This document shows, in pieces, positions 51,904 to 62,007 of a DNA stretch of 64,000 nucleotides. The DNA comes from a virus (taxonomy: Duplodnaviria > Caudoviricetes): positions 8,270 through 72,269 of the IMG/VR virus record IMGVR_UViG_3300022377_000098; one strand, written 5' to 3'. The notes beneath the pieces were generated by a model. That model was not told the DNA's origin, did not search any database, and was given only the letters and a program-made list of their open reading frames with translations. Every line of letters starts with the position of its first letter. The first letter of the stretch is position 1. Both the position numbers and the translations under genes were made by a program.

Positions 51904-52134
51904 CTATTCAACTTCATCCGACTCTTTTTCGATTGGCATTACTTTGTCGAGATACCACTTCGCTTTTTCAAGGTCTTGCGTACCACCTTTGTCTTTCCAT
52001 CGAAAAAGATACTTGATAGCGTTACCGATGCAGAATCCCTCAAATCCATTACAATGTGCCACTGCTGATTCAATAGCATCAATGCACTCGACTTTTCCTG
52101 CATTGTATCGGTCTGGATGATTTACTTCGCTCAT
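51904..52134 (-). CDS. DUF3310-like protein
   Basis: VNHPDRY, ECID, GNAIKYLFR, DLEKAKWYL. Confidence 0.8.
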   Translation of the reverse strand: MSEVNHPDRYNAGKVECIDAIESAVAHCNGFEGFCIGNAIKYLFRWKDKGGTQDLEKAKWYLDKVMPIEKESDEVE

Positions 52135-52734
52135 TTGTCCATCACCTCATAATTTTCTTTTGGAAGCAGGTCTCCCAATCTCAATTCTTCATGGCACACC
52201 GTGTCAACGTGCTCCCAAAATATTTCATCTTCCTGCCGCTCATCTGCCATCTGCACGAACTCGTTCAAAATGGTTCTGCATTTCTCTCCGTCAAACTCAT
52301 ACTTATCACGCAGAGCCACGCAGAACATTTTCATAGTGCGTCTGGCCGTGTCCTGCTTAATCTGTTCTGCACGCTCGTTTACGTACTTTTCACACTCGCG
52401 TGAAATTGTGGATTTCAGCTGCTTTGACGGTCTGTTACATATGTTTGCTTTCAATGCTTTATCACCTACTTTTTATTTGCATTTTATGTGCTTGCCGTGG
52501 CAGCCCAGTGCGCGCCGCTGGCAGAGATAGCAGGCGTTGTCCGGCGCGGTCATGGGGTAGGCTCCTTTTTAGCCTCTCTGAATCCCAAGAAATACGCAGT
52601 TGAATCTTTAACTGTTTCATAATTAGCGCAGCTTGAAGCATCTGTGCTTTCTAAGTTTCCGCAATTCCACGCAGAGCAAGCGTTTATATGTATACATTCG
52701 GAACACGTTTTCAGCGGAATGTGCTTTTTCCTAT

Positions 52735-53172
52735 TCATCCCTTTTCACCTTCTTCCGGCGGGCGGACGTAGGCTTTCCGGCCATCTGCTAATACATCATC
52801 CAGCCATTCCCACCCGTGCGCAAAACCAACAACGTAGCGATATATTGGTTTGCCATCATCGTCAGCATCAACGCCTTTACGTCCAAGTATCCCGTACCGA
52901 TTCCACCCGCTTATCCATACCGACTCCCCGTCCATCTGCCGGAGCTGTTCCAGCGTCAGTGGTTCGTTCGGCTGCTGGGCGCGGCGGTTCCATGCTTCTG
53001 CTGCTTGGATTTTCATGGAGTTTTCTATTGCTATCGGGCTAGTAAAAACGGGTGCCGCTGCTCCACATTGTTCACAATCGTAGCCAACAAGTATGCATTC
53101 CTGTAACAACTGCTTTCTGTTATAACGTGCTTCCCCACCGCAAAACGGGCAAGGCTTCAATTCTTCACTCAT
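52735..53172 (-). CDS. Lar-family restriction alleviation-like protein
   Basis: ELKPCPFCGGEA, AAEAWNRR. Confidence 0.7.
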   Translation of the reverse strand: MSEELKPCPFCGGEARYNRKQLLQECILVGYDCEQCGAAAPVFTSPIAIENSMKIQAAEAWNRRAQQPNEPLTLEQLRQMDGESVWISGWNRYGILGRKGVDADDDGKPIYRYVVGFAHGWEWLDDVLADGRKAYVRPPEEGEKG

Positions 53173-53182
53173 TGGTTTCCTC

Positions 53183-53446
53183 CTATCGTAACTCGTTGTA
53201 AATTATTATGCTTAACTTTTCTCCCAGCCAATTCAAACCTTCGTGTGTAAGCCAGCAACTACCTTTCCCATCATCTGCTGCATAACCAGCGTCAACCATC
53301 ACTTTCCACGCTTCATCTAACTTTTCTCCGCAATCAAAGTAATTCCGGTACGGCTTGTAAAACGCTTTGCCATGCCGATGATAAGGCTTCTTATAGTCAA
53401 GTCCGATGCAGTGCTTTGCAAGTTCAATGTACTCACTTTCAGGCAT
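53183..53446 (-). CDS. hypothetical protein; TAG end may be read through to TGA at 53165
   Basis: KHCIGLDYKKPY..YRNYF; readthrough gives EETNE overlapping the next ATG. Confidence 0.6.
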   Translation of the reverse strand: MPESEYIELAKHCIGLDYKKPYHRHGKAFYKPYRNYFDCGEKLDEAWKVMVDAGYAADDGKGSCWLTHEGLNWLGEKLSIIIYNELR

Positions 53447-53921
53447 TATTTTCCTCCTTCGGCGCTTCCGGCAGTGGCATCCAATATAAAACCGTGCTCA
53501 TTAAACGCCCTCCATCTTCATATTTAAATTCCTTTGATTCCTTACCAAACTTAACTGGATATACATCTCCATCTTCGTCACAGATAATAATAGGAATGAA
53601 GATATCTTCGGCATAATCTGGTAAATCTTCGTCAACTTCCGGCAGCCTGTCCTTAACGCTAATCCAGTGCGGGACCTGCTGTGCCAGCCGGGTATTTTCG
53701 GCAAGCGCGGCTTTGAGCTTGTCCCTGTAAGCATCACGCTCGGCGGCAAGGGATTCCAGTGCGTCGGCGGTAGCAAGATTCATACGTTCTGTGTAATCCA
53801 TCACGGTTACCCCAAATGGACAGTCTTTCTGCCCGGTAACGCAGGTTTCACCATTTTTTGTTTTCTCGGCACACAGGCGCATTGCCTTAACCAGTTCTTC
53901 TACGGTCAATTCTTCGCTCAT
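53439..53921 (-). CDS. DUF551-like protein
   Basis: WISVKDRLPE, YWMPLPEAP. Confidence 0.7.
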   Translation of the reverse strand: MSEELTVEELVKAMRLCAEKTKNGETCVTGQKDCPFGVTVMDYTERMNLATADALESLAAERDAYRDKLKAALAENTRLAQQVPHWISVKDRLPEVDEDLPDYAEDIFIPIIICDEDGDVYPVKFGKESKEFKYEDGGRLMSTVLYWMPLPEAPKEENNA

Positions 53922-54192
53922 TATTTACTCGCTTTCTGGCACTCCAGTGCCTTAATCAGCGTCGGAACATCCATCATTGAATCAAAAATAGCGTTCACAG
54001 ATGCACCTCTTTGCCTTGCCTTTTCAAAGCGCATCTTTATGGCAAGTAACTGCTTTTCATCCATTGAAAGCCCTCCTGATTCTTCTCCAAGCGCATTCAA
54101 ACCAGCTATCCCATGCACTGCATTTGTGATGGTCGTTGCACCCTGCATTCTTAATTGGACACGTTGCACATGGGTAGATACTCTCAATCCAC

Positions 54193-55452
54193 TCACGCAA
54201 TTTGTTTTCCATTTGGTTCACCCGCTTTCGCATCAATCCATGTAAATCTCTGAAAATCCCCATTGAACGAAAAAGGTATTTTCCCAATCCTACCTTTCTT
54301 GTTCTTAACAATGCACAAGTCGCGCTTGTCCGGCTGCTTATCATCATAGTTAAGCAACATGATTGCATCTGCGTCCTGCTCAATTTGTCCAGACTCTCTT
54401 AGGTCTGTCATTTTCGGGTCTGCAGCACCGGCTCTGTTTAACTGTGACAGCGCAACAATCAATACGTTATCTGCCTGTGCCATTGTGTGCAAGTCAATAG
54501 AAATGTTTGTTGCTTTCTCCACGCGGTCTTTACCGTAGCTTTTTAGCAGTTGCAAGTAGTCAATAAAGATAATGTCATATCCTTTTACAATCGTTTCTGA
54601 CCGTACCTTTTCAACACTCCAACCAGCCGCTGGAATCACCTCAAACTGCAATTTCATGAAGCTATCGCCGGATTCCGTCATAGCAATGAAATCTTCATCA
54701 TCCATTTTGCCAGTTTGAATTGCATTGTAAGAAATCCGTGCATAGTTTGAAATCAGTCTGTCGGCAACAGTCTTTTTCCCGGTTTCCAGAGAAAAATATC
54801 CAACCTTATATGGCCTATCGTTTTTCTTTGGGTTTGCCATGTGCAGCATTAGCTGCAAAGTGAAAGCCGTTTTGCCTGCGGACGGTCTACCACCAACGAC
54901 TACATAGTCTCCTTTGTCCATAAATATGTAATCATCCAGCTTTTTGAATCCACTTGAAATATGATGTTGCTCCCCTTGATGGTCTGCCCGGTGCGTAAAA
55001 TCAATGAACAATTCTGCGGCGCTTGACGCTTTGGAGTCTGACCGGTCAACAAACGATTTTGTAATTTCTGCCGCCATCTTTCGGCAATCGTCAACTGGTG
55101 TAGACTCGTCAATTCCAGAAAGCATATTAGCAGCTTTCGTGTACGCTTCCTGCTTCTCTGAACGTTCTCGCACTTGCTGAATGTACTCTGCCGTATGACT
55201 AAGTGTGGGTACGCTTTGTGATGCCTCCAAAAGCACTTGCCTGTATTCTGGAGTTAGGTGTGACATGACAGTGACAAAATCAATCGCCGTTCCTGCTTTG
55301 TAAAGTTCCTCACAAACGGAATACGCCGTGTGGAACTCTGGTACAAGAAAATCATCACTTGACAAATGCATTGCAGCAAGTGGCATAGTCTTTTTTGAGT
55401 CAAGGAACAGTGCGCCAATAACTGCCTGCTCTGCTTCGTAATTAGGTTTCAA
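54193..55452 (-). CDS. DnaB-like replicative helicase
   Basis: GGRPSAGKT, FSLE, FIDYLQL, LSQLNR, LRESGQIEQDAD. Confidence 0.92.
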   Translation of the reverse strand: MKPNYEAEQAVIGALFLDSKKTMPLAAMHLSSDDFLVPEFHTAYSVCEELYKAGTAIDFVTVMSHLTPEYRQVLLEASQSVPTLSHTAEYIQQVRERSEKQEAYTKAANMLSGIDESTPVDDCRKMAAEITKSFVDRSDSKASSAAELFIDFTHRADHQGEQHHISSGFKKLDDYIFMDKGDYVVVGGRPSAGKTAFTLQLMLHMANPKKNDRPYKVGYFSLETGKKTVADRLISNYARISYNAIQTGKMDDEDFIAMTESGDSFMKLQFEVIPAAGWSVEKVRSETIVKGYDIIFIDYLQLLKSYGKDRVEKATNISIDLHTMAQADNVLIVALSQLNRAGAADPKMTDLRESGQIEQDADAIMLLNYDDKQPDKRDLCIVKNKKGRIGKIPFSFNGDFQRFTWIDAKAGEPNGKQIA

Positions 55453-56072
55453 GGCAGATAATCACCTACCCCAACTGTACTTTTCGGTTCTTCTTTCTGA
55501 CGATAGCTGCTGTAACCGCCATTGTTGCTTCCCCCTCTGTCCTGTTTGCGCGACAACCATGAATTTGCAAACCGTACAATGCCTTTTCTGGTTTTGCGCT
55601 TTGTAGGATTTGAGTCAAGCCAGCCTTTCATGTTGCGTAATTCCTGCATTACATCAACCGCCGGATACAACTGATACCATTCGTCAACTTGCTTTTGCGT
55701 AACGCCAAACTCCGATTTGTCATTCAGCATAAGAGTAATCACAGGCGGTTCTTTTGACTTCTGCTCCGGCTCTGCTTCGGATAATTGTGGTTTAGATTCA
55801 CAGTTTGCAACGGCTTTGTAGTCATAAAGCGTTACTCCACTTGCAGTTCGTTCGGACTTTTCAAGCAGTCCTGCATCCGTCAAGGCTTTCAGTGCGGAAA
55901 TAACTCCCTGCCTGCTTCCTCCGGTGCAGTTCTGCAAATAAGTAATGCTTCCGCTGAACCGGCTACAACCGTCTTTTGAAAATCCATAAATGATTGCATA
56001 CACCTGCAATTTCAGGCCGGACAGATGCAGCTTACTAATCATCCACGAATGGATAATGAAAAATGTTTCCAT
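55449..56072 (-). CDS. phage replication initiator
   Basis: wHTH N-terminus; W..LYPAVDV..EL..M..WL..NP.KRKT..G..RF..SWL C-terminus. Confidence 0.82.
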   Translation of the reverse strand: METFFIIHSWMISKLHLSGLKLQVYAIIYGFSKDGCSRFSGSITYLQNCTGGSRQGVISALKALTDAGLLEKSERTASGVTLYDYKAVANCESKPQLSEAEPEQKSKEPPVITLMLNDKSEFGVTQKQVDEWYQLYPAVDVMQELRNMKGWLDSNPTKRKTRKGIVRFANSWLSRKQDRGGSNNGGYSSYRQKEEPKSTVGVGDYLP

Positions 56073-56081
56073 GTTTTCACC

Positions 56082-56954
56082 TCACCATAGAGAAGTTTGC
56101 TCGGCTTCTGTAACGCCTTTGCAGTTGCGTACTGCCTGTTGATACCATGTAGGCTTTAGCTCCACTCCAACGGCTCTGCGCCCATTTTGCAGTGCTACAT
56201 ACGCTTCACTTCCGATTCCCATAAACGGCGTAAGAACTGTGTCACCTTTGTTTGTCCACAAATTGATTGCACGGCGAATAACCGTAAGTTGTAAAGGACA
56301 AATATGCTTTTCATCCTTATCATCGCGGCAAGATGAAGCATTCAGCGTGTCAGACGGGTTAATGTCCATCCAAATTGGGCTTGCATATCGTTGCCATATT
56401 GCCACTGGAAACGACTCGTTTGTATGAGTCACACGCTCTGGATTGTCACCGGGCTTACGCATTGTGACAAGATAGTCTGGAATGCCTTGCCTGCTCATGC
56501 AGGAATCTTTTTTAATCTGTTTGTGCAATAGTCCCAGTGCTTTTGTACGCTGCATAGCAATCACAGGGTCTTTCCAAATGCACACTTCGCTGTGATAGAT
56601 AAATCCTGCCTGCTGAAACAAGCGAATCAGATCTCCGCGAAAATCTTCAATTCCAATGTATCCATCACGTTCTTTGCTGGTAGGCAAGTTCATACAATGT
56701 ACGCTCATAAGTCTGCCGGGAATAAGCACCCGGTATAGTTCTTGGACAATAAATGCAAACTGTTCAAAAAATTCAGCTTTTGTACGGCAGTTTCCTAAAT
56801 CTCGTTCGCTGTTGCTGTATGTATACAGACTTGCGAATGGTGGAGAATAAATTTCAAAATGTACACTGTTTGACGGGATACCGGTCAACACTTCGCAGCT
56901 GTCGCCATTGTAAAGTGCCATTCTATCATCAATGTACTGGTCTGTTACATTCAT
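56082..56954 (-). CDS. N4/N6 DNA methyltransferase
   Basis: YSPPF motif IV, TPFMGIGSE motif I. Confidence 0.88.
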   Translation of the reverse strand: MNVTDQYIDDRMALYNGDSCEVLTGIPSNSVHFEIYSPPFASLYTYSNSERDLGNCRTKAEFFEQFAFIVQELYRVLIPGRLMSVHCMNLPTSKERDGYIGIEDFRGDLIRLFQQAGFIYHSEVCIWKDPVIAMQRTKALGLLHKQIKKDSCMSRQGIPDYLVTMRKPGDNPERVTHTNESFPVAIWQRYASPIWMDINPSDTLNASSCRDDKDEKHICPLQLTVIRRAINLWTNKGDTVLTPFMGIGSEAYVALQNGRRAVGVELKPTWYQQAVRNCKGVTEAEQTSLW

Positions 56955-58348
56955 GCTGCTCCTCCTAACCATGCAGGCGTTTCCATTTTATCCGATGCAA
57001 CGTAATTCTCTGTAATTCTTGTGGTTTGATGGATATCTGCCTGCAAAATTGCTTTTGTATACTTCACTAATTCATGAGTCATGTGTTGTGCATTTTCCTG
57101 TTTCCGCTGAATGTTGGCTTTTACTGCTCCCTCTGCTTCCGAAGTAATAACGTGAACATCTACCGGCATAACTTGTCCAAATCTCCAGCATCTCCGCACA
57201 GCCTGATAATAGGCTTCAAAAGAATCTGAAAGCCCTGCAAATATGACGTTGTGGCAGTTCTGCCAGTTCATTCCGAACCCGCACAGCGACGGCTTGCTAA
57301 TAAGCACGCGCGCTTTCCCGTCTGTAAAATCAAGCATTGATTGGCGTTTGAAATCTGGACTGTCAGCACCACATACTTCTACTGCGTCTGGAATCAGCTT
57401 TTTCAGTTCGTGACTTTCATCGTTCAAGTCGCACCAAATCAACATCTGCTCACTCATGCTGTTTGCAATATCTGCCGCCGTTTTGCAACGGCCTTGCAGC
57501 GATTCTCTGCGTACTTTTCTCCGCTCTGAAAGTGTCTGCGTTGCCTGTGCAAATAAGAGTTGCTGACCGTCTGCATCTACCATGTTGTTTGACTTCACGG
57601 TATCCTGAATGATGTTCAACGGTGGCAGGTTGTATCCTGCGTCGTCATATCCCAAATCTGCAGGAGAAGTCATGCAACAAGCCCATGATGCAACCCACTC
57701 AAAAAACTTTTCTGTTGCGTGGCCTTTCAGCCGCCAGTCTTTCGTACTACCACCATCATGTACAAAGAACGTTGCAAGCATTTCTGCGCGGCTCATAATT
57801 CCTAAGAATTCTGCATGGTTGCCAAGTTCCGTGAAATCATTTGGGGACGGTGTCGCAGTACAGCATAGCTTGTATGGAGTGCTTCTGAACATTTCAATAA
57901 GAGCAATTTTTGTGCGGCTGGAAAAGTTCTTCAAAATGCTGCTTTCGTCAAGCACCACTCCTACAAACTGTGAAGCGTCAAAATTTTCCAACATTTCATA
58001 GTTGGTAATGTTCAGCAGCGCTGTGGCTGCATCCTGTGAGCGACAATAATTTACATGATATCCGAACTTGTTACCCTCGCGTACCGTCTGACCGGCTACA
58101 GCAAGCGGTGCAACAATCAAGATTTTCCCGCCAGTGTGTTGTGCCACTGCGTCAGCCCACATAAGCTGTTGTATTGACTTTCCAAGTCCGCAATCCTCAA
58201 ACAGTGCAGCTTTGCCCTTTTTAAGCGCCCATGCAACAATATCTTTTTGCCAGTCGAATGCTTTTGCATTAAGAATTCGCTTTTCAATATCAAATCCGCA
58301 GACAGGAGTTGTAATCTGCTTTTGCTTTAAAAATTCGTAATAGTCCAC
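56951..58348 (-). CDS. SNF2-like helicase
   Basis: DCGLGKS, LDESS, TATP, QAVRRCWRFGQ. Confidence 0.85.
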   Translation of the reverse strand: MDYYEFLKQKQITTPVCGFDIEKRILNAKAFDWQKDIVAWALKKGKAALFEDCGLGKSIQQLMWADAVAQHTGGKILIVAPLAVAGQTVREGNKFGYHVNYCRSQDAATALLNITNYEMLENFDASQFVGVVLDESSILKNFSSRTKIALIEMFRSTPYKLCCTATPSPNDFTELGNHAEFLGIMSRAEMLATFFVHDGGSTKDWRLKGHATEKFFEWVASWACCMTSPADLGYDDAGYNLPPLNIIQDTVKSNNMVDADGQQLLFAQATQTLSERRKVRRESLQGRCKTAADIANSMSEQMLIWCDLNDESHELKKLIPDAVEVCGADSPDFKRQSMLDFTDGKARVLISKPSLCGFGMNWQNCHNVIFAGLSDSFEAYYQAVRRCWRFGQVMPVDVHVITSEAEGAVKANIQRKQENAQHMTHELVKYTKAILQADIHQTTRITENYVASDKMETPAWLGGAA

Positions 58349-58362
58349 TGTAGCACCGCCAA

Positions 58363-58809
58363 TCAGTACGGCAGATTTGGTGAGCCAACATAATCAGGAC
58401 TATCAAAGTCAGGCACGATTTCTGCGCCCTGCCTGTCTGTAAGAATCTGCTTTACGGAAAACGTGTTGAAATACCGATTTCCGTATTTGTGCACATTGTA
58501 GTCGCACAGTGCATCAAACCATCCGCCAACTTTGAATGTGCTGCTGATAACTTCCGCAACGTCATTCCATGCAGTACAATACAGGTGCGCACCGGGAAAG
58601 CGTTCTTTCGTTTCTGGATTTACCTTTCCGAAAGAAGAAACGATAAAGCTAATGCTTTTTCTCCCGCTGTCGTACTCTTTCATCTCTTTCATCTCGAAAA
58701 TCTTTCCATGAACAATGCAGGGGATGCCTGCCGCCGAGCCGTCATACATGACTTTTCCGTTATTGGTAATCGTCATATGCCAACGCGCTTTTTTCTTTAT
58801 GTCAGCCAT
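58363..58809 (-). CDS. OB-fold/SSB-like protein
   Basis: LYCTAWND; acidic NLPY tail. Confidence 0.45.
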   Translation of the reverse strand: MADIKKKARWHMTITNNGKVMYDGSAAGIPCIVHGKIFEMKEMKEYDSGRKSISFIVSSFGKVNPETKERFPGAHLYCTAWNDVAEVISSTFKVGGWFDALCDYNVHKYGNRYFNTFSVKQILTDRQGAEIVPDFDSPDYVGSPNLPY

Positions 58810-59224
58810 TATTAACCTCCGTAATCTCAACTTTGACTTCTGCCACTTCTCCGTATCGCTTCTGTACCGAAAGATTGACTACCTGTGTATCATCTGTATA
58901 AGCGACACCATTCAAAGCGTCCAGAACAATTTTTGCGATATTGTCCGCATCTGGTTTCTTCGTGGGGTAAATGCACCCATTCAAAGCATCCGCTCTCCTT
59001 GCCTTTGAAAACGACTTAGGAATTCCGAATACCGATTCAATGCAGACTGTGACAGGCTTTTTGTCCGTGAAAGCAGGCTGTGCACCATACTTTAATTGAT
59101 AAGCTGTAACAACTTGCTTCTCATAATTTACCGTCTATGCAGGCGTATAAGCGTGTCCACCTCGTGTAAAACGCGGTCTGCCTTTTCCAACCGGCTCACC
59201 AGAAACAGCAAAAGAAACGCTCAT
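58802..59224 (-). CDS. rusA: RusA Holliday junction resolvase; TAG at codon 30
   Basis: GKGRPRF..AYTPA*TVNYE...KKPDADNIAK.VLDALNGVAYTDDTQV. Confidence 0.9.
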
Positions 59225-59736
59225 TCGTTGGCACCACCATTCGCAGCAGGCTTTAACTGTTTAATTATCAAGCTACCATCCGTATTGATTCCAATAAGAG
59301 TATTGACATTTTGAAATTCAGAGCCTATACTCTTACCATAAGTATTTTTGTAACCGCTGTTCTCGGTGTCACCAGCACTGGGCGCGGTTTCTTTTTGGTC
59401 TGGAACGTAATTCTCTAGGACGACGTACGCTGAATCATCAATATAAATTACTGAACCTACTATCACACCATAGCTTCCACATCTTGAGACTTTTAGAATA
59501 TCTCCATTTTCATATCTGCAATCAGCGGAGTTCACAATCTTGATGTATTCCCCCACCTTTGCATGTCGTTTTACCTCTCGCACCTGTGACGGTTCCTCAA
59601 ATTTCCAAAGAGTTGGAATTTCAATTCTAAATTTACATTCGTCCTCTGACTCTCTGAAATATTCGCAACCAGAGCATCCTCTTTCAGAACAGTAATCGTG
59701 CATTTCTTTCAACGTCATATTTGGATTAAGTTTCAT
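59221..59736 (-). CDS. hypothetical protein
   Basis: Cys-rich N-terminus; EVKRHAKVGEYIKIV. Confidence 0.5.
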   Translation of the reverse strand: MKLNPNMTLKEMHDYCSERGCSGCEYFRESEDECKFRIEIPTLWKFEEPSQVREVKRHAKVGEYIKIVNSADCRYENGDILKVSRCGSYGVIVGSVIYIDDSAYVVLENYVPDQKETAPSAGDTENSGYKNTYGKSIGSEFQNVNTLIGINTDGSLIIKQLKPAANGGANE

Positions 59737-59781
59737 ATAACCTCCGTATTCCTCCCACCCACCACGTCATAATTTATTTGT

Positions 59782-60384
59782 TTAGAGTGTGCTTTCATCT
59801 AAATGTGTAGCTTTCATATCTGCAATGTGTAGCAGAAGCGCAAGCGGGTATTTATCGTAAGCGTCGCCCTCTGCAAAGCAGCCGCCGCGTACTGCATCAT
59901 CAAAGCCTCCCATGTGCCAGCGGATAGCAACCGCTTCATCAACGTGCAACCGCATGAACCGTTCAATGAGGAACACGCTCTTTTCGCCATGGCCGTATGG
60001 AAACTGGTCTGCAACCTGATAAAATGGCTGTTTTTCCCACTGCCCGGTTTCATCATTCTTGACGTTTCGCATAGACACGCTGTAAAAGTTTGCTTTGCAC
60101 ACATCATGCAGAAGTCCACAAATTGCAATGGATTCAGCGTTCATTTTTGCATCATCCGTGTTGGAAAGTGCTTTCTTTATGTACCAGTCGTACTCATCTG
60201 AAAGTTCGTGAAACACATTCAGGACGTGCTCCACAAGTCCACCCTCATGTGCTCCATGAAATCGTGTGCTTGCCGGTGCAGTGAAAAAGTCGGTTGTTTT
60301 CAGCCATGCAAGAAGTTTGTCTGCACCCTGCCGCTGGATATTGGCGTTGTATGCTTCAATGAACTTGTCTACTGATTCGCTCAT
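59782..60384 (-). CDS. HD-domain hydrolase
   Basis: APASTRFHGA..GGLVEH, LLHD, GHGEKS, ADMKAT. Confidence 0.85.
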   Translation of the reverse strand: MSESVDKFIEAYNANIQRQGADKLLAWLKTTDFFTAPASTRFHGAHEGGLVEHVLNVFHELSDEYDWYIKKALSNTDDAKMNAESIAICGLLHDVCKANFYSVSMRNVKNDETGQWEKQPFYQVADQFPYGHGEKSVFLIERFMRLHVDEAVAIRWHMGGFDDAVRGGCFAEGDAYDKYPLALLLHIADMKATHLDESTL

Positions 60385-61334
60385 TATTCCTCCTGCGATT
60401 CAAGAATGGCAGTGAAAGACTCAATCGAATCTGCCGGAACTTCATTCAGCGTCTTTACTCCGAATACTTCACAAGCCTTTGCGACCTTTCCTCCACCGTA
60501 CTTTTCAAGCATTGCATTCTGCTGCTCTCCGGTAAGAAACTGTTGTGGTGCTTCTGGCTCGTCATTGTCAACATAATCAATCGTTTCTTCGCCGGTGTCA
60601 AAGTCTGTGTCAATCTTCGACTGGTCTACCTTAACTGCCGCCTGCATTTCGGTGCTCATTGCTCCATAATGGGAAATCAGATATTTCAGCACGGTTTTAC
60701 AAGCCATTGCATCAAAATCGCTTACCCACGGGCTTTCCTTGTTACCAGAGCGTGAAGCACTTGTGCTTGCACCATGCGTCTTATAGTACCGATAGCCCTG
60801 TGAGAACCGTTCCGCATGTTCCTCAACCTGCTGCTTTGTCCAGTAAATGGTTTTGGAATAGCCATTTACCGTCTTGAAACCGGCAAAATATCCGATTGTT
60901 TCTTTTCCAGAGCGCTCATTTTCTGGCAGCCATTTGATAATTGGGTCGCCCAAAAAGTCACGCCCCTCAAATTCTCCCTCTTTGACTTCCATTGCATTGA
61001 TTCCGGCATACTGGCCGGAACGAACTGCAAGCTGTGTGATTCCCCTTGCTCCAATCTGGAACTGTGCGGAATAACTGCCATCCTTGTTCTTGTAAGGTAC
61101 TGCCCAACTTTGCCCCAATGCAGGGTCGAACGCAAGGTTAAGGGAAGCGGATTTCAGTGCGCAGGAAAGCAGGCTGTTCCGGTCGCATTTTTTCAACTGA
61201 TAAGAAGAACTTGCAAGCTGCGTCAATGCGTTAATGAACTGCGGTGCACGTTCACCCAGCATACTGTGAACATAGGAATTGATAGACGGCTGAGAAAGGT
61301 ATTTGCTCATGGAGACAATCTGTGTGTTTGCCAT
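60384..61334 (-). CDS. recT: RecT-family recombinase
   Basis: AQFQIGARG, GQY..INA, MACKTVLKYLI. Confidence 0.85.
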   Translation of the reverse strand: MANTQIVSMSKYLSQPSINSYVHSMLGERAPQFINALTQLASSSYQLKKCDRNSLLSCALKSASLNLAFDPALGQSWAVPYKNKDGSYSAQFQIGARGITQLAVRSGQYAGINAMEVKEGEFEGRDFLGDPIIKWLPENERSGKETIGYFAGFKTVNGYSKTIYWTKQQVEEHAERFSQGYRYYKTHGASTSASRSGNKESPWVSDFDAMACKTVLKYLISHYGAMSTEMQAAVKVDQSKIDTDFDTGEETIDYVDNDEPEAPQQFLTGEQQNAMLEKYGGGKVAKACEVFGVKTLNEVPADSIESFTAILESQEE

Positions 61335-61347
61335 TATTTGTCCTCCT

Positions 61348-62007
61348 TTAGGCTCTCACTGATAATACTTGCTCTTTGTGGAACTCAATGCCCGGAATTT
61401 CAAGCGTTGGATTCAGCCTGTGCAACTGCATGATTGCTTTTGCGTCCACTGTGCGAATGGCAAAACCGTTAATGTATGCTGGCACTTTTGCATCATCTGT
61501 CACGGCCACGACTTCCTTTGTTCGCGTTGAAACACCGCTGACTTTCGGCTTTTCCACGGTCACGACCGGCGTTACTGTACTGATTGTTTCAGCCTGATGC
61601 ATCTTGATTGCGGCTTCAAGTACATTGCCTGACTGTTCTGCTTCCGCTGCTTCTGCAAGAATCTTGTCCGACTCCTGCTGTGCCAAACGCTGTGCTTCTG
61701 CTTCTGCTACTCTGCGCTTTTCATCCTGTGCCTGCTGATATGTAAGCATTTTGGCTTTAATAATGGATTCTGCATGGTCGCAAATATCAGTCATTGCTTT
61801 GCGTTTTGCGGTAAGTTCCTTGTGCGTTTTGTCTGCCGCTGCAATGGCAGGCTTCCAATAGTCTGTAACCTGCTTCTTTGTACTCTTGACCTGCTTCAAC
61901 AGGTTTGCAGCAGATTCAAATTGTTCATTGTCTGCAATGGAAATGCCCTGCGCCGCCTGCACCATCTGGTTTGTTTCCTGCTGTACGGTCAATTCAGTTT
62001 CACTCAT
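61348..62007 (-). CDS. coiled-coil phage protein (Gam/Gp157-like)
   Basis: coiled coil, KVSGVSTR, IPGIEF; between exonuclease and recT. Confidence 0.5.
   Translation of the reverse strand: MSETELTVQQETNQMVQAAQGISIADNEQFESAANLLKQVKSTKKQVTDYWKPAIAAADKTHKELTAKRKAMTDICDHAESIIKAKMLTYQQAQDEKRRVAEAEAQRLAQQESDKILAEAAEAEQSGNVLEAAIKMHQAETISTVTPVVTVEKPKVSGVSTRTKEVVAVTDDAKVPAYINGFAIRTVDAKAIMQLHRLNPTLEIPGIEFHKEQVLSVRA

Noticed and set aside
21148-59224. Decayed prophage (pseudogenes) or sequencing errors explaining broken ORFs
   Set aside because: Every break I found is TAG, in frame, mostly N-terminal, and two intact CUA tRNAs are present. Decay would also give TAA, TGA and frameshifts.
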